Under the pieces are notes generated by a model. It ran no database searches and was not told the origin of the DNA. It was given only the letters and a program-made list of their open reading frames with translations. From positions 1,120,001 through 1,184,000 of the forward strand of contig CAVVJT010000007.1 in assembly GCA_963748625.1 (NCBI GenBank): a DNA stretch of 64,000 nucleotides, read 5' to 3'. A program made the position numbers and the translations under genes. Below, piece after piece: positions 21,860 through 31,059 of the stretch; position 1 is the first letter of the stretch, and each line of letters begins with the position of its first letter. The DNA comes from an uncultured Chloroflexia bacterium (lineage in GTDB: Bacteria; Chloroflexota; Limnocylindria; Limnocylindrales; CSP1-4).

Positions 21860-22476
21860 GCGCCTGCCCCCGCGTCGGTGCCGGCGCCGATCGTCCCTGC
21901 GTAGCGCACCAGCCGCACCGTCTTGGTCTCGCCGGGATCCCAGCCGACGTACGCCCCCGACGGGATGTCCAACCGGAAGCCCCGGGCCGCATCCCGGTCG
22001 AACTCGAGCCGGTCGTTGGCCTGGTGGAACGGGTAGTGCGAGGAGATGCGGACAAGTCGCTGCGACCGCGACGTGACCTCCAGGACGAGGGTGTCACGGC
22101 CCACGTTGATCTCACGGTCGCCGTCGTCGCCCATCACGAGCGCGCCCGGCCCGAAGGGATCAGCCGGCTGGCCACGGTCGAGCGGGTCGAGGAGCACGAT
22201 GAACCGCGCACCGTCACCCATGAGGACCTCCAGGCGCACCTCCGAGAGGAGCGCACGCACGCCCGGCAGCACCTCGTGCGGCTCCACGGCAGAGCGCCCG
22301 ACCGCCTCCACCTGCTCGTACGTCGCGCCGGCGCGGGCGGCCTCGAGCATGGCGTCGCAGATGACGGCGACAGCTTCGGGATGGTTGAGCAGAAGCCCGG
22401 CTGTCCGATGGCGGCGGGCGAGCTCGGCGGCGGCGAACAGTTGGAGGCGCTCCTCCTCCCACGGGATCATGCGCAT
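21856..22476 (-). CDS. ureAB: Fused urease gamma/beta subunit-like protein
   Basis: Gamma part: EEERL..LARR..LNHPEAVA; beta part: SSHYPF, LEFDR, GFRLDIPSG, PGETKTVRLV. Confidence 0.88.
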   Translation of the reverse strand: MRMIPWEEERLQLFAAAELARRHRTAGLLLNHPEAVAVICDAMLEAARAGATYEQVEAVGRSAVEPHEVLPGVRALLSEVRLEVLMGDGARFIVLLDPLDRGQPADPFGPGALVMGDDGDREINVGRDTLVLEVTSRSQRLVRISSHYPFHQANDRLEFDRDAARGFRLDIPSGAYVGWDPGETKTVRLVRYAGTIGAGTDAGAGA

Positions 22477-22557
22477 TGCGGCATGGTAGCGAAGGGCCCG
22501 GGAACCGGGGGTGCGCCGCGACCGTCCGGGCGGTGCGTCCACCGCCGGGAGAACCAC

Positions 22558-23910
22558 ATGCGCCGCTCCATCGTTCTCATCCTGACCGCCGCGCTGGTGG
22601 CCGGCTGTTCCGGTGCCACGCCGACGATGGGGCCTGCCTCCCCGACGACGGGGCCGACCGCGCAGCCCACGGGCCCGGCGGAGCCGACCGCGCAGCCAAC
22701 CACCCCAGGCGACGACGGCATCGAGCTCGCCAAGGCCGACGTCGCGCGGTTGAGCACCACATCGGATGACGCCTCGGCCGCCGGCACCGCCGTCAACGCC
22801 TTCGGGCTCGACCTGTACAAGCGCATCGTCGCTGCCGACCCCGACGCAAACGCCGTCTTCTCGCCCGCCTCGATCGCGCTCGCGCTGGCGATGGCGCGCG
22901 CCGGGGCGAAGGGCGACACGGCCGCCGAGATGGACGCCGTCATGCACAACCTCGGCACCGATGCGAACGCCGCCTGGGTCGCCGCCCTGGACGCCTCGCT
23001 GAACACGAAGACCGCGACCTTCAAGGACGCCATGGGGGAGCCGGCCAAGGTGACCCTGCGGTCGGTCAACGCCCCCTTCGCCCAGCGCGACTACCCATTG
23101 GAGACCGTGTATCTCGAGGCGCTCGCGGAGCGCTTCGAGGCTGGGCTGCGCCAGGTGGACTTCGTCGGCGACCCGGAGGCCTCGCGTGGCGCGATCAACG
23201 CCTGGGTCAACGACCAGACCGAGGCCCGCATCCCGGAGCTCCTGGCCGAGGGGACCATCGACGAGGCCACGCGCCTCGTGCTCGTCAACGCGATCTACCT
23301 CAAGGCCCCGTGGAACGAGCCGTTCTTCGAGGAGGCCACCCGAGACGAGCCGTTCACCCGCCTCGACGGCTCGCAGGCGACCGTCCCGATGATGCACGGG
23401 GGCGGCTATCACCCCTACGCCGAGGGCGACGGCTGGCAGGCCGTCCAGCTGGGCTACGCCGGCGACGGCCTCGCGATGCTGGTGATCGTCCCCGAGGACC
23501 TAGTGGCGTTCGAGGCGACGCTCGACGGGGCGGCCCTGGACCGGATCGCTGCCTCGATGGACACCGTCGACGTGAGCGTCGGGCTGCCCAGGTTCAGCGT
23601 CGAGACGGCGCTGGACCTCGGTGACACCCTTGCTGCCCTGGGCATGCCCGCGGCCTTCGACCCCGGTTCCGCCGACTTCTCGGGTATGACGACGGCCGAC
23701 CGCCTGTACATCGGCAAGGTCGTCCACCAGGCGAACATCGACGTGGATGAGAAGGGGACCGAAGCCGCAGCTGCCACCGCGGTGGCGATGGCGGCCGGCG
23801 CCGCGCCAGGCGAGCCGAAGGTGCTCCTGGCCGACCAGCCGTTCCTGTACGCACTGCGCGACGTGGACAGCGGCGCGATCGTGTTCCTGGGCCGCGTCAC
23901 CCAGCCGTAG
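22558..23910 (+). CDS. Serpin family lipoprotein
   Basis: Lipobox LVAGC; FSPASI, INAWV..QT..RI, LVNAIYLKAPW; hinge DEKGTEAAAAT; DQPFLY and FLGRV. Confidence 0.93.
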   Translation: MRRSIVLILTAALVAGCSGATPTMGPASPTTGPTAQPTGPAEPTAQPTTPGDDGIELAKADVARLSTTSDDASAAGTAVNAFGLDLYKRIVAADPDANAVFSPASIALALAMARAGAKGDTAAEMDAVMHNLGTDANAAWVAALDASLNTKTATFKDAMGEPAKVTLRSVNAPFAQRDYPLETVYLEALAERFEAGLRQVDFVGDPEASRGAINAWVNDQTEARIPELLAEGTIDEATRLVLVNAIYLKAPWNEPFFEEATRDEPFTRLDGSQATVPMMHGGGYHPYAEGDGWQAVQLGYAGDGLAMLVIVPEDLVAFEATLDGAALDRIAASMDTVDVSVGLPRFSVETALDLGDTLAALGMPAAFDPGSADFSGMTTADRLYIGKVVHQANIDVDEKGTEAAAATAVAMAAGAAPGEPKVLLADQPFLYALRDVDSGAIVFLGRVTQP

Positions 23911-23937
23911 ACACCCCGACCGCGTTGCCGGAGCGCG

Positions 23938-24255
23938 TCAGCGACGGCGAAGGATCTCGCGGGCCAGCCTGCCCCACGCCAGCGCCGTCCACGCCACAAG
24001 CAACGCGACGACGAGGACCGCAGCCGGCACCGGCAACGACGACTGCGTCAGCCACAGCCCGATGCAGATCGGGAGGAACAGGATCCAGGCGGCCGCCGCT
24101 CCAACGAGCCCGAGGCCCCCGATCCACGCCCATGCCTGGTCGAACAGCGCGCCTTCGCCCGCGAGGCCGATGGCGGCCCCAACCCAGAGCACCGCGAACA
24201 CGCCCGACGCCCACGCACCGAGCACAAGCGAAGCCTTCCGCCCGCCATCACGCAT
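23938..24255 (-). CDS. Small membrane protein (about 3 TM helices)
   Basis: Hydrophobic 105-aa ORF starting 3 nt after the upstream ORF. Confidence 0.6.
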   Translation of the reverse strand: MRDGGRKASLVLGAWASGVFAVLWVGAAIGLAGEGALFDQAWAWIGGLGLVGAAAAWILFLPICIGLWLTQSSLPVPAAVLVVALLVAWTALAWGRLAREILRRR

Positions 24256-24258
24256 GGC

Positions 24259-24888
24259 TCAGGGCGCCTCGGGAAGGGGGATCGAGACAAGCACCCTCGT
24301 CCGGCTTTGCGCCATGACCTTGTTCGTGAGCACGAGCTCGATCTGCGAGAAGCCGATCGTCAGCCGGGCCAGGCGCCCATCGAGGATCGTGGCCTGGCGT
24401 GCGTCCACGGAGGGCACGCTGTGGCGCGCGAGCGTGACGTGCCAGCCGTCGCCCGTGAGGCCTCGTCCGGGCAGCGTCTCGCGCAGGTCCCAGGCATCGG
24501 CCAGCCGGATCCGGAGCGCCCGGAGCGCAGGTGCGGGGGTGACGCGGGCAACCGTCGCGCAGCGCGTGGCCATGACACCGCTCACGGTGGACGACCAGTC
24601 GCCTGCCTGCCGCACCGCTCGCCCGATGTCCGCCACCTCGTCCGCGATGTCCGCCCGCTGGACGGACGTGGCGGTCGCATCCAGCACGGTCGCATGGAGG
24701 GATGCCGTCGGGTAGAGGTGCAGGTCGGGACGCTTCATCGCGAGGTGGCCAAGCTGGTGCACGAGGCGCTGGGCGTCGGCCTCCCGGACCCGCAGGACCA
24801 CCGTGAGGATCGTCGCCGGGGCATCGGGGTCGACGTTGGGGCAGGGCGGAACGGTCCAGGACGGCATCGGCATCGCGCAACAGAGCAT
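24259..24888 (-). CDS. 2H phosphoesterase (LigT-like) family protein
   Basis: Two HxT motifs, SLHATV and GWHVTL, about 80 aa apart. Confidence 0.6.
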   Translation of the reverse strand: MLCCAMPMPSWTVPPCPNVDPDAPATILTVVLRVREADAQRLVHQLGHLAMKRPDLHLYPTASLHATVLDATATSVQRADIADEVADIGRAVRQAGDWSSTVSGVMATRCATVARVTPAPALRALRIRLADAWDLRETLPGRGLTGDGWHVTLARHSVPSVDARQATILDGRLARLTIGFSQIELVLTNKVMAQSRTRVLVSIPLPEAP

Positions 24889-25000
24889 GGCACGGCCGAT
24901 CCCTGCGCGCCCCCGAGGTTGGTCGGGCTGGCTGGCGACGTCAGCCGCGGAGGTCGTTCGACCGCCGGCGCCTTCTGGGCCGCCGGCGCCGCCCGCTACA

Positions 25001-25984
25001 TCAGGCTGGGTTCAGCCTCGTCACCGATGATCGGGCCAGCCGCTCTTCGAACCGCTTCGCAGCTGCGTCGAGCTTGTCCAGGTGGTCGGCCAGCCGCTGG
25101 CGGGCCTCTTCGGCGGCGGCATCGAGCCCGGTCAGCTCGAAGATGCCCCAGTGCTTCAACACCGGCATGAGCACCTCGTCGCGGTGGACCCGCAGGTCGT
25201 AGATGCCGGCCTTCGCGATGTCGGCCGCCTTGCGCATGAAGTTCTGGATCCCGGCGCCTGGCATCTCGAACCCGAGGACCTCGTCCACGATCGCCCGGAC
25301 CGCCGCGGACGGCTCGATCAGCAGGGCCGCCTTGAGGATGTCGCGGTAGAACACCATGTGCAGGTTCTCGTCGGCCGCGATCCGGACCATGATCTTGTCC
25401 GCCACCGGGTCATCCGAGTAGCGCCCGGTGTTGCGGTGCGAGATCCGGGTGGCAAGCTCCTGGAACGCCACGTACGCGAGGCCGTGGAGCGTGTCGGGGT
25501 TGTTCCGGTCGTAGCCCTGCTGGAGCTGCGCCATGCGGCCTCGCTCCAGGAGCGTCGGGTCGAAGTTCCGGGTGACCACGAGGTAGTCCCGCAGGACGAT
25601 CGCGTGCCGGCCCTCCTCGGCGGTCCAGCGGCCAACCCAGTTGAGCCATGCGCCATCGCCCTTGCCGAACATCCCGTGGATCAGGCGGTGATAGCTGGGC
25701 AGGTTGTCCTCGGTCAGGAGGCCGATCTCGAACGCCGTCTGCGCAACGCCGGTGAGCCGCGGCTGGTCCGGGGTCCAGGGCTCCTTGTCGAAGTCACGCC
25801 CCAGCCGGTAGGGGATGTACTCGTGGGGGAACCACTCCTGCGTCACCTTGAGGTGCCGGTCCAGGAGGCGGCCGGCCTCGGGCTCGAGCTCGGCGAGCAG
25901 GCGCCGATCGAGCGCTGGGACGTCGGACGGGTGGATGGGGTCGGCGGGGACCTGGAGCGCGTCGGGCGCGATCTCGTCGGGCAT
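25001..25984 (-). CDS. Acyl-ACP desaturase (ferritin-like diiron, DesA-like)
   Basis: WFPHEYIP, TEDNLPSYH, WTAEEGRH, YVAFQELAT, IAADENLH. Confidence 0.92.
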   Translation of the reverse strand: MPDEIAPDALQVPADPIHPSDVPALDRRLLAELEPEAGRLLDRHLKVTQEWFPHEYIPYRLGRDFDKEPWTPDQPRLTGVAQTAFEIGLLTEDNLPSYHRLIHGMFGKGDGAWLNWVGRWTAEEGRHAIVLRDYLVVTRNFDPTLLERGRMAQLQQGYDRNNPDTLHGLAYVAFQELATRISHRNTGRYSDDPVADKIMVRIAADENLHMVFYRDILKAALLIEPSAAVRAIVDEVLGFEMPGAGIQNFMRKAADIAKAGIYDLRVHRDEVLMPVLKHWGIFELTGLDAAAEEARQRLADHLDKLDAAAKRFEERLARSSVTRLNPA

Positions 25985-26369
25985 CGGAGTCACCAAGGTG
26001 GGGGGTGGGTGGGACTCGGGCCCCTCGCGCCCGGTTGGCGCAGCGTACGTGCGCCGCCCCCCGTGCCTCGTGAACTTCGGTGCAGGACTGCAGCGACCGG
26101 CCGCGTCCATCGGCATGACCGGTGCTCCGCCGTCTCCATGTCAACGGATCCCCGCATCAGGGCGCCGAACCGGCCTGTATGCGGGCCACTGTTGCAGCCC
26201 CGGCAACGGATCCCCGCAAACGGGCACCAGGGACCCGTGCTTGTGCCCTTTCGTTGGTTTCCACGCACGTCACCGCCCAGCTCGGCCCCGCGCTCGCGCC
26301 CAAGCCCCGCCCTGCACCCCATCGACCATGGTGCTAGCATTCGCGTCCCGAACAGCGGTTCGGTCCTGT

Positions 26370-26740
26370 GGGGATGCGTGGTTTCGACAGGGCTTGGCTG
26401 CTTGGAGACGCGAGCCGAGGTGCCGTCAGGCCTCGTTAAACAGGCGGCAAACAGAAGTAACTGCCAACAAGCAGCCTGCTCTCGCCCTCGCCGCTTAGGC
26501 GGTAAGGTGAGCATGGAAGCGGCCTCCCCTTCGCGGGCCGTGGAAGTGTCACTCAGCGAAGGTGCAACCCCGGTGAGGTCACGTAGCCGGGAGCCAAGCC
26601 CGATCTAGGGACACGGGAATGGACCGGACGGAAGCCTGCCGATGGGCGTCCGCCGGTTGACGAAAATCATCGGACACGCTCGTAGTGGATCCAGGCGAAG
26701 GGTTCTGGACGGGGAGTTCGACTCTCCCCCATCTCCACCA
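26370..26740 (+). ncRNA. ssrA: tmRNA; tag ORF 26463-26498 encodes ANKQPALALAA
   Basis: 5' GGGGATG pairs with 3' CATCTCC-ACCA with a G3:U pair; TTCGAC near the 5' end; T-arm GGGAGTTCGACTCTCCC; tag ends ALAA-stop. Confidence 0.96.
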
Positions 26741-27067
26741 ACCCGTCCTCCGGCACGTGATGACGGGCCTTCTGTGGGCCGCTCCGGCGAGGGGCCGCCT
26801 GCCGGGAATTCGACCCCAAACCTCCCTGGCTGCCGTGACATGGGGGCCGGGTACTGGGGCCCGTAACCCCGGCGCTGGCAACGCGCAACGGGTCCACAAT
26901 TGGTGACCATTGACGCTCAACGGCGGGCCGCACCCCCAGTAGGGTAGCGACACCGGTTGCGTCGGCACCGCCGACCTGTCCCCAGGCGGGCCTTCCTTCC
27001 GGTCGACCACCAACGGAGAGACCCCGCATGCCCAGCGCCATCCCCGTACCTAGCGTGAGCCGCACCC

Positions 27068-27799
27068 ATGCGTAACGTCGCCGTCGACCTCAGCTCGCTG
27101 CCGCCCGCCACCGAGCCGCACGAGACCAAGGGCACGAGCGTGCTGCGCCCGGTCGTCTTCGGGGCAAACGACGGGCTGGTGTCCAACCTCGCCCTCGTGA
27201 TGGGCGTGGCGGGCGCGAACCCGGAGCCCGGCGTGATCGTCCTCGCCGGCGTCGCGGGCCTGCTCGCCGGCGCCTTCAGCATGGGCGTGGGTGAGTACAT
27301 CTCGGTCCAGAGCCAGCGGGAGCTGCTCGACTACCAGATCGCCTTCCAGCACAAGCAGCTCCGCGAGGCGCCGGAGCAGGAGCGGGCGATCCTGGAGCGC
27401 ATCTACCGCGAGCGCGGCCTGTCCGAGGAGGAGGCCCGGCGCTTCGTGGAGGTTGTCTTCGAGGAGCCCGAGCAGGCCGTACGGCTGCTGATCTTCGAGG
27501 AGGTCGGCCTCGACTCCCGCTCCATCGGCTCCCCGATGGCCGCTGCCGTCGGATCGTTCATCGCGTTCACTGCCGGAGCCTTCATCCCACTCGTGCCGTA
27601 CCTGCTCGCCTCGGGCTCCGAGGCGTTCTACGCGAGCCTCGTGGCCAGCCTGCTCGCGCTCGCCCTCCTGGGCGCCGGCATTGCCAAGCTCACGCGGCGC
27701 CCGCTCTGGTACGGCGCCATCCGCCAGGTGCTGCTCGGCGGCATCGCGGCGGCCGTGACCTACGGCGTTGGCCTGCTCATCGGGGTGTCGGTGAGCTAG
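27068..27799 (+). CDS. VIT1/CCC1 family Fe/Mn transporter
   Basis: VFGANDGLVS, AGAFSMGVGEYISV, acidic cytosolic domain. Confidence 0.92.
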   Translation: MRNVAVDLSSLPPATEPHETKGTSVLRPVVFGANDGLVSNLALVMGVAGANPEPGVIVLAGVAGLLAGAFSMGVGEYISVQSQRELLDYQIAFQHKQLREAPEQERAILERIYRERGLSEEEARRFVEVVFEEPEQAVRLLIFEEVGLDSRSIGSPMAAAVGSFIAFTAGAFIPLVPYLLASGSEAFYASLVASLLALALLGAGIAKLTRRPLWYGAIRQVLLGGIAAAVTYGVGLLIGVSVS

Positions 27800-27944
27800 G
27801 CGCGGGAGGTCTCCGGAGCGCCGCTCCGGGCGAACCGGCTCCGTCAGTCCGACGATCGGCCCTTCCGGCCGACGGGCCGGGTCTGTACGGTGCGCTTGAC
27901 GCGACGGTGCCCGCCGTCGCTCGCCCGCGTTGTGGATGCCTGCC

Positions 27945-28850
27945 ATGGCCGGTCCTGTGATCGAGGCCGAGCGCCTCACCAAGCGGTACGGGGGCGATCG
28001 GGGTATCTCCGATCTCGACCTCATCGTCGAACCCGGGGAGGTGTTCGGCTACCTTGGCCCGAACGGAGCCGGCAAGACCACGACCATCCGGCTCCTGCTC
28101 GACCTCATCCGTCCGACGAGCGGGCGTGCCCGCGTCCTCGGCATGGACTGCCGCCGCGATTCGGTCGCGATCCGCCGCCGTGTCGGCTACCTGCCCGGCG
28201 ACCTGCGCCTGTACATGAGCCTCAGCGGACGTGAGCTCCTCACCTACTTCGCGGGACTGCGTGGAGGCGTCTCCGACGTGCGCGTCAGGGAGGTCGCCGA
28301 CCGGCTCGATTGCGACCTGAGCCGCGAGATCCGTACCCTGTCCAGCGGGAACCGCCAGAAGCTTGGCCTGATCCAGGCGTTCATGCACGACCCGGAGCTC
28401 CTGATCCTCGACGAGCCCACCAACGGCCTGGACCCCCTCGTCCAGCAGGTGTTCTACGAGATCGTGCGCGGGGCGCGCGACGCCGGGCGCACGGTCTTCC
28501 TGTCGTCCCACGTCCTGCCCGAGGTGCAGCGCGTGTGCGATCGCGTCGCGATCCTGCGATCAGGGAGGCTGGTCGCGGTCGAGCGGGTCGCGGACCTGCG
28601 GGCGCGCGCGGTCCGCACGATCGACATCGAGCTCCCGGCGCCGCCGCAGGATGACGCCTTCACGGGCCTGGACGGCGTGCGCGATGTCCGGATCGACGGG
28701 ACTCGCGTCCAGTGCATGGTGGTTGGTGATATGCACGCTGTAATCCGCCGTGCGGCCGATCTCGGTGCGCGCCTCCTGACGAGCGAGGAGCCATCGCTTG
28801 AAGGAGCCTTCCTCGCCTACTACGGGGAGGACGATCGCGATGCTGCGTAG
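27945..28850 (+). CDS. ABC-2 type transporter ATP-binding protein
   Basis: GPNGAGKTT, LSSGNRQK, LDEPTNGLDP, SSH. Confidence 0.92.
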   Translation: MAGPVIEAERLTKRYGGDRGISDLDLIVEPGEVFGYLGPNGAGKTTTIRLLLDLIRPTSGRARVLGMDCRRDSVAIRRRVGYLPGDLRLYMSLSGRELLTYFAGLRGGVSDVRVREVADRLDCDLSREIRTLSSGNRQKLGLIQAFMHDPELLILDEPTNGLDPLVQQVFYEIVRGARDAGRTVFLSSHVLPEVQRVCDRVAILRSGRLVAVERVADLRARAVRTIDIELPAPPQDDAFTGLDGVRDVRIDGTRVQCMVVGDMHAVIRRAADLGARLLTSEEPSLEGAFLAYYGEDDRDAA

Positions 28851-29640
28851 CGTGATCGGGAAGATGGTCCACGACCTGTGGCGCGTCACCCTGATCTGGA
28901 CCGTCGTCGCGGGGCTGCTCGCCGGGTTCTATCTCTCGCTGTACCCGTCCCTCGGGGCGGTGGAGGAGATGGCGCAGATGCTTGAGCGCATGCCCGCGGA
29001 GCTGCGGGCGATGTTCGCACCTGAGGGTGCGGACCTGAGCACTGCTGCGGGCTACCTGAACATCGAGCTCTTCACGTTCATGATCCCCCTCCTGGTGGCG
29101 GCGGTCACCCTGACGGCCGCCGGCGGTGCGACTGCGGGTGAAGAGGAGCGGGGGACCATGGACCTGCTGCTGGCCCATCCGATCCGGCGCTGGCGAATCG
29201 TGATCGAGAAGGCGCTGGGGATGGCCCTCCAGGCCGGCGTCCTGTGCTTGGGCATCTGGTTCTCACTCGCGCTCACGGCATCGCTCGTGGGCATCGACCT
29301 CGCGCTCGAGCGCGTCGCTGCAGCGCTCTTCAGCGCGTGGCTGCTCGGACTCGCGCTCGGTGGGGTGGCGCTCGTCGTGGGAGCAGTGACCGGCAATCGG
29401 ATGCTGTCGATCGCCATCGGACTCGGGGTGGCCCTGGTGGGCTTCTTCGTCAACGCGCTCGCACCGCTGTCCGACGTGCTCGAGCCGTGGCGGCCGCTCT
29501 CGCTGCACTACCTCTACCTGGGCAACGACCCGCTGACGCACGGGCTCGACCCGGTCCATGCGCTGGCGCTGGCCGTCCTCGCGCTGGCACTTGCAGCGCT
29601 GGCCGCCGTCGGATTCGAGCGCCGCGACCTTCGCGCCTGA
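28840..29640 (+). CDS. ABC-2 type transporter permease
   Basis: About 6 TM; AGEEERGTMDLLLAHP; C-terminal FERRDL. Confidence 0.88.
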   Translation: MLRSVIGKMVHDLWRVTLIWTVVAGLLAGFYLSLYPSLGAVEEMAQMLERMPAELRAMFAPEGADLSTAAGYLNIELFTFMIPLLVAAVTLTAAGGATAGEEERGTMDLLLAHPIRRWRIVIEKALGMALQAGVLCLGIWFSLALTASLVGIDLALERVAAALFSAWLLGLALGGVALVVGAVTGNRMLSIAIGLGVALVGFFVNALAPLSDVLEPWRPLSLHYLYLGNDPLTHGLDPVHALALAVLALALAALAAVGFERRDLRA

Positions 29641-29676
29641 GGCCGTCCCGCGCCGGTGGCGATCAGCGGAGGGCGG

Positions 29677-30342
29677 TCAACCTTCCGTGGCGTTGCCTGC
29701 TGAGGCAGCCCGTTCCCCGGCCACCTGCTCGAGCACCTGCAGCAGGGTGTCGGCCGGCTGCGCGCCCGACACGCCGTAGGTCCGGTCGAAGACGAAGAAC
29801 GGGACCCCGGTGATCCCCAGCTCGACGGCTTCACGCAGGTCGGTGCGGACGGCTGCGGTGAAGGCGTCACCGCTGAGCACGCCACGCGTGTCGTCCTCGG
29901 GCACGCCGATCTCGGCCATCACGCGCACCAGCGTGTCGGTGTCCTCCAGCAGCAGGCCTTCGACGAGCTGCGCGTGCAGCAGGCGCTCGTGCGCATCGGT
30001 GCCCAGTCCCCGCGACTTCGCGAGGTGGAGGACGCGGTGCGCGTCGAAGGTGTTGATCACCTTGTAGGTGTCGAAGTGGTAGTCGAGGCCCTCGACGGCA
30101 GCCAGCTCGACGACGCGATCGTTCATCGCCCGGACCTGCGTGACATCGGCGCCCATCTTGTGGGCCAGGTGCGTCTCGAGCGCCTCCGCCGAGCCCTTCG
30201 GCTGCTCGGGGTTGAGCTGGAAGCTCTTCCACTCCACTTCGACGTCAGCGGCGCCCGGGAAGCGCGCCAGGGCGGCCTCGAACCGGCGCTTGCCGATGTA
30301 GCACCAGGGGCAGACGACGTCCGACCAGATCTCGACCTTCAC
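29677..30342 (-). CDS. DsbA family oxidoreductase (FrnE-like)
   Basis: VEIWSDVVCPWCYIGKRR, NTFDAHR, GITGVPFF, SGAQP. Confidence 0.93.
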   Translation of the reverse strand: MKVEIWSDVVCPWCYIGKRRFEAALARFPGAADVEVEWKSFQLNPEQPKGSAEALETHLAHKMGADVTQVRAMNDRVVELAAVEGLDYHFDTYKVINTFDAHRVLHLAKSRGLGTDAHERLLHAQLVEGLLLEDTDTLVRVMAEIGVPEDDTRGVLSGDAFTAAVRTDLREAVELGITGVPFFVFDRTYGVSGAQPADTLLQVLEQVAGERAASAGNATEG

Positions 30343-30364
30343 GACGGGCTCCGATTCGCGCTAG

Positions 30365-30382
30365 TAGTTGCAGCGGCAACTA
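30365..30382. promoter_or_regulatory. Perfect inverted repeat, putative repressor operator
   Basis: TAGTTGC-AGCG-GCAACTA between divergent genes. Confidence 0.55.
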
Positions 30383-30428
30383 TACAGCTCGCCCGCCGGA
30401 TCGCTGCCGGCCGGGCTACCCTGCCCGT

Positions 30429-31037
30429 GTGACCCCGCTCGACGACCTCGCCACCACCCCCGGCTGGCGGTGCTCCCGGTGCGGCTCGCCACGCCCCGCA
30501 ACCGACGGGTTCTGCGGCGTGTGCGGCGCCCGGATGCCGCGCGACCTGGTCAAGGCCGCCCGTGTCGGCCCGGCTGCGGCCCCGGAGACAGCGGTCGGGG
30601 ATGCGGCGCGCCCCGCGTCGTCGATCCTCCGGCCTCTCGTGCTCGCCGGGATCCCCCTGGTGGGCGTGGCGCTGGCGATCCTCGTCGCCCGGCCCGCGGA
30701 CACGGGTCCGGCCGTGATCACCGCCAATCCGCTGACCTGGCGCTGCGACGAGGGCAGCCCAACCTGGTCCGGACCGATCCGCGCAGCCGGTGACACCATC
30801 ATCGTGGAGTGGCGGGCGGGCGGCCTCGACGGGTCCGCCGTCGTGTCCGAGCGGGTCGGGCGCTACCTGCTCGACGGCTACCGGGGGGTGGACGGGATCT
30901 ACGTGATCCCGGCCGCCGGCGTGGACGTCACGGCAACCGCCGCCTGCACGCTCACGCCCGGGGCCTACACGCTGGTCGTGGTGGACACCGCCATCGACGA
31001 GGTGGTCGCCGCGGGCCCCGTCACCATCGCGCCTTGA
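30429..31037 (+). CDS. Hypothetical protein: zinc ribbon + TM + extracellular domain
   Basis: CSRC..FCGVCG followed by a hydrophobic helix; GTG 6 nt after TACCCT. Confidence 0.7.
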   Translation: MTPLDDLATTPGWRCSRCGSPRPATDGFCGVCGARMPRDLVKAARVGPAAAPETAVGDAARPASSILRPLVLAGIPLVGVALAILVARPADTGPAVITANPLTWRCDEGSPTWSGPIRAAGDTIIVEWRAGGLDGSAVVSERVGRYLLDGYRGVDGIYVIPAAGVDVTATAACTLTPGAYTLVVVDTAIDEVVAAGPVTIAP

Positions 31038-31059
31038 GCGGGTCACCGGGACGCATCGC

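Noticed and set aside
26700-26740. Stand-alone tRNA or integration site of a mobile element
   Set aside because: It is the tRNA-like 3' end of tmRNA; no integrase or duplicated 3' end was seen
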